From contig NC_068988.1 in assembly GCF_001194135.2 (NCBI RefSeq), positions 20,306,718-20,360,470 on the forward strand: DNA of 53,753 bases, in the 5' to 3' direction. Shown here piece by piece: positions 26,290 to 39,939 of this stretch. The notes beneath the pieces were generated by a model. It worked only from the letters and a program-made list of their open reading frames with translations. It was not told the DNA's origin and did no database searches. The DNA is from Octopus bimaculoides. Taxonomy: Eukaryota. The translations under genes and the position numbers were made by a program. Numbering within the stretch: the stretch's first letter is position 1; the number at the start of each line of letters is the position of its first letter.

Positions 26290-26850
26290 TGTCGAACAAA
26301 ACTGGGTTCCATAAAGTTGGATGTCATGAAAAGACTACGATTACTAAACATCTCTTGTCCCACATCACAGTTTATATGAGAGGGAAATTGTCTCCAAGGA
26401 ATGAGAAAATGCCATTGGCTCTACGAAAGGATGCCATCATCACTAAAGTATGAACATTCATGATTTTCCAGCTTCGGGGTGGATGTTTATCAGAAGGCAG
26501 CACAAACAGTCTTTCAAACCTGATTGTTTGTCCCCAACCGTGAAGTATGGAAGCGGCTGTGTGACGATTAGAGCAGCAATATCGAAGAATTCTCTTGGAC
26601 CGACATTCAGTCGTTCTACATGACTGAATTAACGAAATTCTGTGAATATTTTGCCAGATTACATTCATTCTATGGTACAAACATCCCCACCACTGGTGGC
26701 AGGACAATAACATGACGACTCACGTGATATATTTTGTGTATAAATTGATACGTAGGGTAGGAAAGGAAGTAGAACATTTTGATCATTCTCCACAATCACT
26801 GCATCTCAATTCAATCTAACTTTGAAGATGTGTTTTGTAGCATCATGTGC
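26290..26850 (+). pseudogene. Tc1-family (DD34E) transposase relic
   Basis: PDCLSPTVKYGSGCVTIRAAISKNSLGP (26519 onward), DYIHSMVQ, QDNNMTTH (a QDDNAPIH equivalent) and HSPQSLHLNSI* (a WPPQSPDLNPIE equivalent). Frameshifted. Confidence 0.8.
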
Positions 26851-29004
26851 AAAGCTATTTACCTCAACCGTTGTCGGTGAGAGACCTAAGATGGATTTTT
26901 ACATAAAGAATGAGTTTAAAGTTTCCCTAACAACAGTTTAAACCCTGAACATTTTCATACTGATTCAAATCCACAGACGTAGCCATGATACACAATATTC
27001 ATAAAGTTAAAACTCATGTATCTTATTTACTTGTTTCTCGCGATATCAAACTGAGAACGTGGATGGAATTCATTGTAAGACGTTCCACTGAGGATTAAAA
27101 TAACCGTTGTAATATAACTGACATTTAATCCACTCATTAATTAAAAATAATTCACTTTACGTGTTTGCTTCAGTTCCCTTTTGCTTATAGCATGTTAATC
27201 CCCCAATTGTTTTAAAGCCCCAACCTCTCATTTTTTTTCCACAAACACAAACACACACAAAATGCTACAATCACATATACACCCACATACGAGCGTATAT
27301 ATATATATATGATTATATATAAACGTATATATATTCACTTACATATACCTACATATATATAAATATAAGTGTGAGCATTGTTCCTTGTACGTTTGCATGT
27401 AGGCGTTATCTATATAAGCTTATCAATACTCGACATTTTCTTTATGAATATAACTTTCATCATTCTCATTTTATGTGTCCCAATGGACGTAACATGAAAA
27501 CAATATTGTTTCTTATCTTACAGTGCTTATATAACTATATATCATATAATTCTCTAAGATATAAGTTTTTCAGTTAGCTTCATTTAATACACTACATATA
27601 CACAGAAGAAACATGGCAATATTTGCTATAATTCTAATCGATTCAAAACGGAGGCCGATGAGATTTTTCAAGTGGAAACTTGAATTTTTTTACATTTTTC
27701 AAGTCTTTGTTAGTTTTTGGCGAATCTTGCTGGCAATGTTTGTTCGTTTCTTTGTTTCCAATTTCATTCTTTTATTCTTTTTCAGATAATTTTTTTTCTG
27801 AGTTTATACAAATTCATACATATGTATGTATGTTTGCTTGCATATATATATATATATATATACAAGCATATATACACACACACATATATATATAGATAGA
27901 TACATACATATATAGATACATACATACATACATACATATATAGATACATACATACATACATATATAGATAGATACATACATACATATATAGATAGATAGA
28001 TAGATACATACATACATACATACATACATACATACATACATAAAGATCTAAGCAATATGCACGCTTGTCTGTTTCAATGTATGTATAGTCTTATACATAC
28101 ATAGAATATTTTTAAATGTAATGCATATAAACATATATACACATGTTTTTAAAGGCAAATTTCTGTATGTTTGTGAATGGGTATGTCTGTTTTTGTGCGT
28201 GTAAGTGTGTGTGACTATATATGTGATTATATGAGTACGTACGTGTATGTGTGCTTGTATGTGGGCGCTTATGCGTGTGTGTGTGTGTGTGTGCGTGCGT
28301 GCGCGCGTGTGTGTGTGCGTGTGTGTGCGTGTGTGTGCGTGCATGTGTTTGTGTGTGTTTCTTCCTAAGTCAGAATCCATATAATCTTCTCAATGCTTCT
28401 GAAAGGATGACTGCGTGCGTGTGGTGAATGTTTGGTATGTGTGCGTGTGTTTGGCTTTGTGTGTGTGCGCGTGAATGTAAGCATGTTTACATACATACAC
28501 ACAAACACACAAACAAACACGCACAAACACATGCACACATACATATGTATGTCGATCTATTATTTACATGTTTACGAGTGCGTGAAAACAAGAGAATATA
28601 CATTTATATACGTACATGTGTATGTGGACTTAAAACGATAAGACACCTGTGCTCTACAACGTTGGATCTACAGGCTTTCTGTCTGGCGAACATACTTCAT
28701 ATACACACTTATAAGTATATGAACATACATAAATACATCTATATACACATATATATGTTTATATATATATATATATAATGATATGCCTGTCTTGTAGCAT
28801 ACTGTTTTCCATGTAAACAAGTAGTGATATTAAATGTGTGCTCGTCGGTGCGCGCACATGTGCGTGTGTATATTTATGTATGCAGATGTATATATATATA
28901 TATGTGTGTGCGTGTGCGTGTATGTGTGTGTGTTCCTACGCATGCAAACATCCATACACACAAGTGCATAATGATACACATGTCTGTGTTTGTCTATGTG
29001 TGTG

Positions 29005-29047
<43 letters not shown>

Positions 29048-29141
29048 TTGTATGTATATATATAGATAAATGCACAGACGCACACACACACGCCCANNNN
29101 NNNNNNGGACACGCGCGCGCACTCCCCACACACACACACAC

Positions 29142-29180
<39 letters not shown>

Positions 29181-29675
29181 TGCGCATTAAGAAATTAATC
29201 ATGACCATATTTCTCTCAGACTTGAAAACCAGATTCGGTTAATGTGCACTTCTCCAATACGGCAACATCAAAGTGTTTGAAAATATTCGATTAATTCTCT
29301 AAAACTTGTAAAGAAAAATACATAAAATGCAGAACAAAAACTGCTCACGGTAAATTATACTAGCATTTTGTTTCAAGTAATAATAAAAAAATTACAAGAT
29401 TAAAGTTAATTTTTAAATATTACTTATGTGAAAAAGTTTTTTGTGTTCTCATGAGGACATTTTTTTATACGTTTAAGTTAGAAAAAGTAAAATGAGCTCA
29501 TATGTCATATGCAGTTTTTACATATGTTTGTTAGTCTACATGCGTGTGTGTAAACTTTATACTTGCTAGATTTTTATTCTCGTCTATGCGATGTTATGAT
29601 TTTATGTTTCTGCGTCGGTAAGTCACATTTTGTGTATCTCTGTGTCTATGTTCTTTTGGGTACAAATACATATAT

Positions 29676-29732
<57 letters not shown>

Positions 29733-29807
29733 CGTTTGTATGTCTGCTTATATGTTATGGTATCTACATTTACAGTACAAAAATGTAAACATATGTATAT
29801 GTATATG

Positions 29808-29843
<36 letters not shown>

Positions 29844-30643
29844 CATGTATGTATGTATGTATGTGTGTATGTATGTATATACACACACAAATATATATAC
29901 ATATATACATATACATATATACATNNNNNNNNNNNNNNNNNNNNNNNNNNNNNNNNNNNNNNNNNNNNNNNNNNNNNNNNNNNNNNNNNNNNNNNNNNNN
30001 NNNNNNNNNNNNNNNNNNNNNNNNNNNNNNNNNNNNNNNNNNNNNNNNNNNNNNNNNNNNNNNNNNNNNNNNNNNNNNNNNNNNNNNNNNNNNNNNNNNN
30101 NNNNNNNNNNNNNNNNNNNNNNNNNNNNNNNNNNNNNNNNNNNNNNNNNNNNNNNNNNNNNNNNNNNNNNNNNNNNNNNNNNNNNNNNNNNNNNNNNNNN
30201 NNNNNNNNNNNNNNNNNNNNNNNNNNNNNNNNNNNNNNNNNNNNNNNNNNNNNNNNNNNNNNNNNNNNNNNNNNNNNNNNNNNNNNNNNNNNNNNNNNNN
30301 NNNNNNNNNNNNNNNNNNNNNNNNNNNNNNNNNNNNNNNNNNNNNNNNNNNNNNNNNNNNNNNNNNNNNNNNNNNNNNNNNNNNNNNNNNNNNNNNNNNN
30401 NNNNNNNNNNNNNNNNNNNNNNNNNNNNNNNNNNNNNNNNNNNNNNNNNNNNNNNNNNNNNNNNGATATTTTAATTTATTGTTTTGTGTGGGTTGTAGGG
30501 ATAAGATTTTTAAACCGCAGTAGGTGTTTGGCTGTTCTTAGAAATGATGCCAAATCTATTTATAGAAATGATGATATCTGAGAGATTTTTTGTGTTTTGG
30601 TTACAGGGATAAGATTTTTAAACCCCAAGTAAGATGGATTTAA

Positions 30644-30840
30644 TCATTGTTTGTTAAGAGTGGGTTTGAATTTCTTAATAAAGTCCTTTTCTTTGCATTT
30701 TCTTTCAATTTCATTCCGGTTGTAAAGTTTATGGAATGGAAATATAATAAAAGTTTGATGACCACATGTTGCTAGATGGTTACTCAGTGGTATTTGGCGG
30801 ACTTCTGGGTTTTTAATCTGTTGTCGATGTACCCGTGTAA
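30644..30840 (-). mobile_element. Penelope-like element GIY-YIG endonuclease C-terminus
   Basis: RVHRQQIKNPEVRQIPLSNHLATCGHQTFIIFPFHKLYNRNEIERKCKEKDFIKKFKPTLNKQ* fits the PLE endonuclease end (R..H..., H...C, R...E..FI..F.P.LN). The GIY/YIG motifs themselves are not recognisable. Confidence 0.7.
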
Positions 30841-31718
30841 TTAGATACATGTATATAATCATATATATATATGGTGTTATTATTTTTCTGTAATAATGCC
30901 CTTTATATAAATATAAACGAATAATTATATTCTTGGGAATAGAAATTTCCCTCATGAATTTTTTTACACACTGACTTCTTGATAAAATTCTTGTTAAAAG
31001 AGTTTTATCTTTTTTGGAATTTACTTATCAAATGTACACACGGAATACATTCAATGTTGAATTTTTTATTCCTGTTTCCACATGGGTACCCAAAAACAAC
31101 CCGGAGGTATTTCCCGCTTCTTTGATGAAGATATATGCAGATAAACTTCATTCCCTTTACTCGGTCGGATACGTAGTTGTTCGCTTTTGGTGAGGTGAGA
31201 ATTCTGTTTATTTATATATATTTTTGGGACAATATTGTGCTGATGAACGAAATCTAGATTCATTCTAGTAATCGCGAAATCGGTCGATACGCAATTAAGT
31301 CTATTTAAAAGAAAGTTGGTAATCTTCTGTTGGTTGTTTTTTCCTCTCATATACGTACTAAATGCGGTTATTTTGAGAAGTCCACTGTGTGGCGTTATTA
31401 TTTTTCTGTAATAATGCCCNNNNNNNNNNNNNNNNNNNNNNNNNNNNNNNNNNNNNNNNNNNNNNNNNNNNNNNNNNNNNNNNNNNNNNNNNNNNNNNNN
31501 NNNNNNNNNNNNNNNNNNNNNNNNNNNNNNNNNNNNNNNNNNNNNNNNNNNNNNNNNNNNNNNNNNNNNNNNNNNNNNNNNNNNNNNNNNNNNNNNNNNN
31601 NNNNNNNNNNNNNNNNNNNNNNNNNNNNNNNNNNNNNNNNNNNNNNNNNNNNNNNNNNNNNNNNNNNNNNNNNNNNNNNNNNNTATATACATATATATAC
31701 GATTAAACATATAGATAT

Positions 31719-31766
<48 letters not shown>

Positions 31767-33124
31767 AATATAGCGTCAGGGTGAGAGAAATGGATGGTGT
31801 ACAAATGAACAGCTTCCCGGTAGTGATCGGGTCGATCGGAGTTCAACTGGGGTTAACAAAGGATCCACAGAAACAAGAACTCGAATTTCAGCAAATCAAT
31901 TGACGAAAGAAAACGATATATCAAAATTCACTACCGTCATGTGAAGTACAAACACCATTTCATTGCGATATTTTATTCAATAAAATCTCATTAATAAAAG
32001 TATTTATAAGGTCAAAAATATCTGCGTATAAAACTTTATATTATAGCATAAATAAAACTTTATATTATAGTATAAATAGGAAAACATATCTATTACATCG
32101 TTGACTATAAATTCGGTTTTATTTTAAGACTACGTTATTTATACGGTATTGTTCAGAACGGATATATAACATAGAACATTTGTAAACAAACTAAAATAAA
32201 ATGCATCAGTTTGGTGATAATTATGTTAATAGGAAAACAAATTTTGAAGTAAACATTGAGTAAAAAAAAATCATTCTAATTAAATGATATAATCATTTTG
32301 AAGAATTAACGATTTTTCTTTTTCGTTTTGATTTGTTTTATAACTGTTCGTTTCAAAGATATTGTTCCAGCTTTTGTCTATTGATTTAGAATAATACATC
32401 GAACCACTCCAGTTGAAGACCATACATATGTAGATAGATGAATATAAATGCTGCGAAGTAATATTAACGTGTTTGCCTATGTACGTATGTATGCATGTGT
32501 GCTTGTATGTATGTATGTATGTATGTATGTATGTATGTAGGTAGGTAGGTATGTATGTATGTATAGGTGATTTTCATGCGTGTTAGATCTACGCATTCTT
32601 GCCAGAACGTGTTGCACTTAATGTGGAATATAGCTAAACGACAATGGAACTGCTACGATATTTAAGGGTTTAGCTGTGTCCATAATTTTCCGTGGATCAT
32701 CGAGAATATGTCCTTCAATTTTTTTAAGACATTACTTGTTGTTTCAAGAAATGACCATTTCTGCGTCTAGATTGTCATGTGACCACGTAAAAGTTTACAT
32801 GTTGACTCCAACTTTCATCGATAGGTGTTAAAGAGAAAAACCTCTTGATAAATGTCATCATATATTTATGAGGCTAACATTAGAAAAGAAAAGGACAGCG
32901 GAAGTGCAACATGTTTGGTGGCGTCAGACGAAATGTCCTGTGGTATTTACGGCCTCTTCGGTCCTGGGTTCAAACCTCACTGATATAAATAACATTTAAC
33001 TTTTAGCCTCTGATGTCAATAAAATTAAGTAAAAGCTCAGTGCTGGAAAGGGTTTGACAAAACCTACCCTAAACACATAGCATTCAGCTTATGTTTGCTA
33101 TCAATGTTTAAACCATAGTAAAGC

Positions 33125-33330
33125 GGTGAAGGTGAACTGTCAGAATCGTTAGCACACCGAACGAAGTGTTTGGCAGCATTTACAGTTTTTGCGTTCCGAG
33201 TTCAAATTCCTCCAAGGTATTCTTTGCCTTTCATTCTTTGGGGATTGATGAAATAAGTATCAGTTGAAGACTGGGTCGATTTAATTGGCTTAACCCAAAC
33301 CTGCTATCCTTGGGTCTATATTTGAAACCA
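33125..33330 (+). mobile_element. SINE family A, diverged
   Basis: AAGGTGAACTGTCAGAATCGTTAGCAC...GAGTTCAAATTCC...TTTGCCTTTCATTCTTT...ATAAGTATCAGTT...CTGGGTCGAT. Confidence 0.75.
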
Positions 33331-35560
33331 ATATTCAAAACAGAGTAATTCTAACTGTCTTCTAAAACAAAAAGTGTAAATATATATTTTGATTGTTATA
33401 CACACTCCATAATATTAGAAGGCGGGGGTGAGCTTATGCACAACACAAACATTTTATCACTTTAAACGAATCATCTATGCTGGTTGTTTAACAAGGTATT
33501 GCATCAGCGTCTTTCAAGGATCGAGGGAGAACCAATGAATTAAATTAAATAGTAGAGAACAAACAGTAGTTGTGCTATATTTCAAAAGAGTGTTAGTAAT
33601 ATTTGGGGAGATCGGTATGAAAATCCGTAAGCCACTTATTAAAAATGTTTTTGTAAAACACAATGTTCGGTTTGTTAGACCAATATTGCATCCCGCGTTT
33701 AGTATTTATAACCATGGCGGTACTTACTTAGCATTCTGATATAACTAGAAGATATATCGTTTCCTTAGGAAAAATATGCTGTCCATTGATAGTGTAAGCT
33801 GATTAGACCTGATGAATCGCACATGTAAGTGCATAAAAGCTCGCATTAACGATTCCATGTATTCAAAAAGTAAAAGTAAAATACAAAAGACTAGTGAGAA
33901 TCAAACATACATATTTAGTCAAATCCTGACAAATTTCGAGTTCTAATCACACAGGCATCAGTGTCGATAAAATAAAAGGATCAATCATATATTTTAACAA
34001 TTAATAAGCAAGAAAATAAAACGGAAGTGTGTTCGTGAACATCTGAAGTGCTAGGGATAGCAGCCAAATCTTCTTTAAGTTGCTATCCTATCGTCTTAAA
34101 ATATCAAGAAAACCTGTGTATTCAGAATAGTAGTCCTCAGGATAAATTTGGACCTTAAATTATGATCATGGTTTATTAACGCTGACTTTTATTTAAAACA
34201 GTTGCCTTTATGCCTAAGCAAGAAAATAATATCGTGAAAACAAAATGTGCTGTCAAATGCAGTCAATTCTGAAAAAAATTGGTTAACTAAAAGCTGAATA
34301 TGAAGTAACGACACATTTTTTTATATACACTTGAGATAAGAAAGCGAATACGTTTAGTCATTATAGATCTGGATACATCGCTTTACAGAAATAGTTCTGT
34401 GATTCTATCGCCTGAGTTCAAATAACATGAAAGGCAATTTTGTTTTTCGTCATTTTGGCGTAGATTAATATCGTACCAGTTAAGTCTGAGATCCACTCTT
34501 CTTTTGCATATATACTTGAAATTCAGCTACGCTGCGCAATGAGAATAATCCCTAGAGACCGTTCACGATGTAGAGTGAGATTCAGCGATGGGCTACCAAC
34601 TTGTCATAGATGCAGCGATGCGCAACTGAAACGGTCGAAAGACTGACCGTTATGCACTTAAGCACAGCTTAAAAGTTATGACTACAACGATATATATTGG
34701 CCATAATTGTCTGGAATAGAGTATAAACGACCACATTCAGACATGTGCAGCTTGAGAATCTTAATGAAATGCATCAATTTAACTATAATTAGGATGAAAT
34801 ACAGCCACTTGAGCATGTTATATATATAATATAGAAAAGAAATCGTATTTCTCTTTGTCAGCGAAGTGCACACAGCGTATATTAATATAAAAGGAAATTG
34901 ATAAAATTGTGAATTGATAAAAAATAGTTTGTAAGTTCAGTCATTGCAAGTACATTGAATTCTAGAGCGTCATACAAGAATAGATTTTTGTCTATTAACA
35001 TAAATAAAACATAAGTATTAATGAAAATAAATCCATACTACAAAAACTTTCAATTAGTATCAAAGTCAACCTGCTAAAGACTTGCAGCAGGCGATACATA
35101 CGTTGTCAACAAGAATTGGATCTTGAACACAATAAAATCGAGGGTATTGCATCTCATGGAGATGGAGCTATTATAACTGATAAAAGCGTTGGGGCCAAGA
35201 AATTGCTGTGCTTAATAAAATCAAAATGGAAATTTGTGTAAAATTTGTCCAACACCATCATCGAGAAAGAAAACTAAATAAATGTAAATTCTTTAATGGT
35301 TCTATAATTTAAAAAGACAAATTTATTTATTTATTTATTTTTAGAAGTTTGGCTTTCGTTCTTGTCTGATTGACATTGAAAACGAAGCAATGATTCAACG
35401 TTCTTCTGTGTACGTGCATGGATGTGCGCTTCAGTGATAACACACTGAACAAAACATAAGTTTGCTTACAATTACAGTCTAAACTGATAGTGAGCACTAT
35501 ATACCTGTATATATGTGTGAGTGTGTGTGTATATATAGACACACACACACACATACACAG

Positions 35561-35617
<57 letters not shown>

Positions 35618-36129
35618 GATGCATGCATACAATAGATACGTACATACGTACATATATGTATATGTATGCATACATACATATATATATATATATATACATA
35701 TATATATACATATATATATATAGTGTGATAGGTGNNNNNNNNNNNNNNNNNNNNNNNNNNNNNNNNNNNNNNNNNNNNNNNNNNNNNNNNNNNNNNNNNN
35801 NNNNNNNNNNNNNNNNNNNNNNNNNNNNNNNNNNNNNNNNNNNNNNNNNNNNNNNNNNNNNNNNNNNNNNNNNNNNNNNNNNNNNNNNNNNNNNNNNNNN
35901 NNNNNNNNNNNNNNNNNNNNNNNNNNNNNNNNNNNNNNNNNNNNNNNNNNNNNNNNNNNNNNNNNNNNNNNNNNNNNNNNNNNNNNNNNNNNNNNNNNNN
36001 NNNNNNNNNNNNNNNNNNNNNNNNNNNATTAAAAAAGAAGAATGGAGAGTTGGTAAGGATGTAAAATTAATTTCTTAACATACTACCAAAATAAGATCAA
36101 AATTAAGTCAAGTAAAGCCTATGCATCGA

Positions 36130-36160
<31 letters not shown>

Positions 36161-36879
36161 CATATATATATATAGTGTGATAGGTGTGGGCCTCCAAGTG
36201 TAAGCATCTTATATGTAATGCACGCTGCGCTGCTTCCAGACTGGAAACTGACGCTTCATATGTTACAGAGGAAAACATTGTCGCTAAATCGATACATTGA
36301 ATTCCACACAGTCATACTTAGCAATCATATGATTCTTGATTTATATACCAGTTTACTTACTGTGAATTCGTAGTCAGTTATTTTAAGCAGCTTTTATGTG
36401 TCTTTTTTTTTCACCACCTTGTCATATCATTCTGTTTTCAAACCTCCCCTTTAAAATGAATGCTATCCTAACGACCAGAACACGTTCAAAATTAGTGTGA
36501 TTTGTAAATTTCTTTGATGGTTAACTATATTATTTTTTTTTTCATCGTTCTAATACGTTATTCGTCAGAGGCTACTTCAATTACTATTATAACCACTTTT
36601 ATTGCTTTCGGTCAGTATATTTGAATTTTCTAAAACATTAATTCACATTAGTTTGCTAAACTGACACGTACGTAAGCTTCACTGACATTTTCCATAACAG
36701 TATTCCTTCTTTTTACATCAACAAGTTTGTCTTCCAACGCAAACGTGCTTAGACTTAATGTGTTGTAATGTTTGGTTAAAATACAACTTTGTCCTTTACG
36801 GTACAACGATGCGGAACTCACATCGCCTCATGGCCAGATAATGAGTTGCTTACTTCAGTCATATATTTGTGTGCGTGTG

Positions 36880-36932
<53 letters not shown>

Positions 36933-37043
36933 TTATGTATATATGTATGTATGTATGTATTTATGTATGTATGTATGTATGTATGTATAATATTATATAT
37001 AGACGAGTGTATGGACATGTGTATATGTAATATTTCCTTTCAG

Positions 37044-37138
37044 CTTGGCTTCCGTCCTCCGGGGGTTGATTTCATATTCCATATAATCCTATACAGCATT
37101 CTAGATATAACTGGAAGTATAATGCACGAAGCTACCTG
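37044..37138 (+). other. Candidate isolated 95-bp exon of an unidentified gene
   Basis: TTTCCTTTCAG acceptor and CTG|GTAAGC donor. One frame is open (LGFRPPGVDFIFHIILYSILDITGSIMHEAT). No recognised homology. Confidence 0.2.
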
Positions 37139-37854
37139 GTAAGCTGAAAGTAACAGACTGGACTGATCTAACAGACTTTAGAAACGAAATGTTCTCCATA
37201 TACTAATGGTCTATAACTAACACCAGACCATTTTAGAAAGCGTAACATAATTCGAAACAAAAATACTATTTGGCACAAAAATTCTATAAAAATATCTATT
37301 CAAGTTTCAAAGCAATAAATATCAGCCAGGCTTTCCTTGAGCCTGCGGGTTAACATGATCGGAGCTTATATGAACTTTCATAACTTTTCGATTGAGATTA
37401 CAATAGCTTCCTATCCCTGGAACGGGAGCTCAAACATTTGCTAGGTCAATCCCGAGGTGTCTATGGTACACCATTTTTAACTGGTTGTAGTAAGACAAAA
37501 CGACGTAGCTCTAGGTACCAAGCAATGAAACTGAAACAGAAACTATCTAATGGAGTAAACATACTTCTTAAGCGCACCAATGGATGATCATGGGTATTGA
37601 ACGAATGGCAAGGCTGAAATCAATATCATAAGTAGCATTCATTAAAAGGCAAATTTGTGGGTTTAGTAGACTAAGGGACTCTTTAAGTCCCGAATTTTAA
37701 GCAGCTTTTATGTGTCTTTTTTTTTTAATTCGGGACTTAAAGAGTCTGTTCAAATATCTCAAGTAATTTCTTCCAGTACACTAACGGTTCTACAAATCCA
37801 TCGCTAAACACAAAATTTAATACCCCGTATTTATGCAAAGTATTATACGTGCTT

Positions 37855-37929
<75 letters not shown>

Positions 37930-38149
37930 GTATATGTATATGTATGTATGTATGTATGTATGTATATATATATATATATAAAACTTCGTAAGAAATAAAA
38001 ACACATTACATCAATTATTTCTAAAATTACCTGTGACAATTCTTTCTTTCTCCTGAGTCGAGTGTTGCACTGTCACCAAACAGTGGAGAGCCCCTGTAGT
38101 TAGAAGTCCGTTAGTCCGATAATCAGAAGATCAGGTAAGATCCTTGATC

Positions 38150-39100
38150 TCCGAGGGATTTTTACGTAGCTGATTTTCCGGTGAAAATTCTTCTTTTTCT
38201 TCTAGCGAATTTCGTCCTAGATTTCATAAATGAAGCATTAGTCCTTAACTTTGTCGATATACTTAATTATACTCGTACTGAAAATTTTAGGTTTTGAAAC
38301 ATTGTCTGAACAAATCAAGACATATTTTGAAAAAAAATTATCGTATGAAATATGTTGTGCTTCTAAATCCAGATCTTGAAGGAATATAATTATATTAATG
38401 AGCTAACGGGGGAGTCTCAACCTGTTAGAAATACTTACAACTCCTTCAAATAAGATCTTATTCTTATGGAAAGAAAAGATATTTCATGTATTTTAGTTTT
38501 GCAAGTCCCTATATAAGGAGATTGTCTTGGGTAGTTTCACATAGATCATAAGTTTTCTCGATTAGTATTGTATTAGGAAGAAATTAATAGATATTTACGA
38601 CATAGATAGTTCTTTGTAAAGCATAGATATCTCGTGAGATGTTCTTTCAACTGAGAATTGCTTTAATTTTTCCTGGAGAGTTGTCACAATTATAGAGGTG
38701 GCAAAGGCTTTACATGAAAACCGACAGCCATTTTGGAAATATCACTTGTATAACACCGCTATAACAAAGATATTTGTAATAATGTATAAGGATATAGTGT
38801 GAAAAATGTAAGCTTGCTAATGGAGATTATTTTAGAATACAGAAAATTGAAGTAACATATATTAATATTAAACACTAATACAATAATACGCTCATTCTAA
38901 ATCATATACAAAAGAATGTATCTATACTTTTGATATCAGGGAATACTGTGGGAAAATTCCAGTTAAAGCTTCGCTCATACCGAAACATGACGGACCAGAT
39001 AATGTTCTTTGGGTCAGAAATTGTGTAAAGTTGTGAAAATGATGTGATGCATCTCGCTGGTGTGACTGTCACATCAAAAGGCCTGGAGAATATGGGAATA
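38150..39100 (-). mobile_element. Possible highly decayed Penelope-like RT
   Basis: Scattered motifs occur in the expected order: SF..LYT, FPDI, KMAVG and EKL, ISFLSI, ICSD. Many stops. Confidence 0.35.
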
Positions 39101-39420
39101 GCTTTGATCACTTGATTCCGAACTCGCAGTTATTGATCCTTGGTAATAAGTTTAGATTCATTCTTATAATTATTGCTGCGGCTGGTAACACAATCAAATA
39201 TTTACGTGACAACTTTGGGAAGCTAGCATTGTTCATACAGATTTCGTTTACTCCATATTGAAAATATGCACAACTTCATCGAAATTCTCCATTAAGTTAT
39301 AGCTATGAGATGCAGCGCAGTTTTATCTTAATTTGTAGCATTCCACTATTGAATCTCAAAAAAAAATACAGTGTTATATAGTTTAACAACCAGAGAGATG
39401 CAGAAGTTTTTTTTTTAGTT

Positions 39421-39421
<1 letters not shown>

Positions 39422-39490
<69 letters not shown>
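39422..39490. repeat. (TAG)n microsatellite
   Basis: Direct inspection. Confidence 0.95.
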
Positions 39491-39939
39491 TCTGATACTG
39501 CTGTTGCTGTTGCTACAGCTGTTCTTTAAGTCAGGCCCATCTCTGACCACACTGGCATTTAATCAAAGCAGTTCCAATCTTGTCCATCCGGTCTTTGCAG
39601 GTATCAGAACATAATATATTTCTGTAAGACTCATATTCTTTCTAAAATGGCAAGGTGTAATTTAAAGAAGATTTAGCTTGCATTTCTGCAAGCTCAGAGG
39701 ACTACGAAAAGACTTAGCTTTTCTCGTCTGGTGTTCCATTGAATTCTATACATGTTGCAATCCAGAACTTAATAACAAACATAAATTATGTGAGTGTGTG
39801 TGTGTGTGTTTGCGTGTGTACAGTGTATTCTAAACAATATACAAAAGCAACATGTTTATCGATAAATATGGAGTGCCTGCTCTTATATATGGCTTTTACC
39901 TTCACCCATTGGGCAGCTGGTAAGTGGAAATATGCGACT

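Noticed and set aside
33809-33845. CTGATGA followed by a GCAC/GTGC hairpin
   Set aside because: GAAA is absent (AAAA) and stems I and III cannot be formed.
35140-35200. GDGAIITDK resembling the PLE ADKG..VI.DK motif
   Set aside because: It is too short and has no flanking support.
35712-36186. ATATAGTGTGATAGGTG duplicated on both sides of an N-gap
   Set aside because: This is most simply a redundant contig end at the gap (assembly artefact).
36525-36575. Minus-strand CTGACGA...GAAA
   Set aside because: GAAA runs into a poly-A tract, with no stem III or cleavage triplet.
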